Assembly: GCF_000002075.1 (NCBI RefSeq)
Contig: NW_004797398.1
Coordinates: forward strand, 373,956 to 437,955
Direction: 5' to 3'
DNA length: 64,000 nt
From: Aplysia californica
Taxonomy: Eukaryota
The notes under the pieces were generated by a model that was given only the letters and a program-made list of their open reading frames with translations, did no database searches and was not told where the DNA came from. Below are positions 63,182 through 64,000 of the stretch, piece by piece. The translations under genes and the position numbers were made by a program. Every line of letters starts with the position of its first letter. Within the stretch, counting starts at the first letter, position 1.

Positions 63182-64000
63182 GTATGTAAAATGAAGTCTG
63201 TATTTTGTAGAAGAGGATGATGCATCTGTGAATAAAGCTGTTTCTGTTAAAGTTTCAAATCTAATTTAGTCCTGTATTTGTAGCCAAAGTACTTCTCACG
63301 GCGTCACTTTTCGCCCGATTCTGTTACTTTTAGTTCGCGTGACTCAGCAGCCCGCCGGAGCTCCCCGGCTCAGGGTCACGGGGTTAATGAGCCCTGAGGC
63401 GACTTTGCCGGTGTCGGTTAGGAAGTTTGCATTTTTGACTATGTTTAAAACGATATAACTTCTTCCCCATCCCACACAGCAAACCATTACGCAGATGTAC
63501 TAAAAGCTCAATGTCTAGAGATTTATTCTGCGTTAGAATGGTTAATTTCTGTGCCTTAGTTTTTGTTCTAGGCAAGTCTTTGTAGAGTACCCAATTTGTC
63601 CTATTCTAGTTACAAACTTATGAATAAATGATTGTTAATTTAAAAAAGGCACGACAGATCTCTCCAAAATCTGTGTTAAACTGACTATGAATATCATGTC
63701 TTTTACCATGAGAAATCTTAAATCTGCGCTAGTAGAAATAGTCAAGTTATAAGAGGATAAAGATGCACATCTGCATTTTTTAACTAAAGATGATCAGCGT
63801 TAGCTCTTATTTTACTATTAAACAAGAGAAAGTTACTCTGCGTTTGTTCATGAATCATGCTGTGTCTGTGGCAGCCTGCATACAACTAAAAAGATATAAT
63901 ATAGAATCTAAGCAATTAAAAAAACCACAAAACCGTGTAAATACATGGGTAGAGATAAACTTCTTGTATGGAATAAAAATAATGACAGCTAACACATTCA

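Overview
AT-rich, intron-rich animal genomic DNA, not prokaryotic. A mollusc or gastropod is my guess from the repeat landscape; this is inference only. Four spliced housekeeping genes can be rebuilt exon by exon with GT-AG sites and consistent phases: STK16 (+, 7 coding exons, 308 aa, complete); an Acl4-like TPR protein (-, 11 exons, 377 aa, complete); SFR1/Mei5 (+, about 291 aa, head-to-head with the Acl4-like gene); and DCTN2/dynamitin (+, 10 exons visible, 3' end outside the window). Introns are crowded with MITEs (Tigger/pogo-, Mutator-, piggyBac- and mariner-type), 5'-truncated RNase H LINEs with intact target-site duplications (TSDs), and SINEs, often nested. The most unusual signal is three tiny palindromic inserts (19, 46 and 33 bp) that share a 16-nt CACAGAATTCTACACT end, sit in 8-bp TSDs and lie near gene 5' ends. 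This is the geometry expected of P-element-type excision footprints. A 2.2-2.6 kb duplication of DCTN2 exons 6-7 around a 100-N gap is most likely two haplotypes assembled in tandem, and it exposes a presence/absence retroposon insertion. Most ORFs in the supplied track are spurious.
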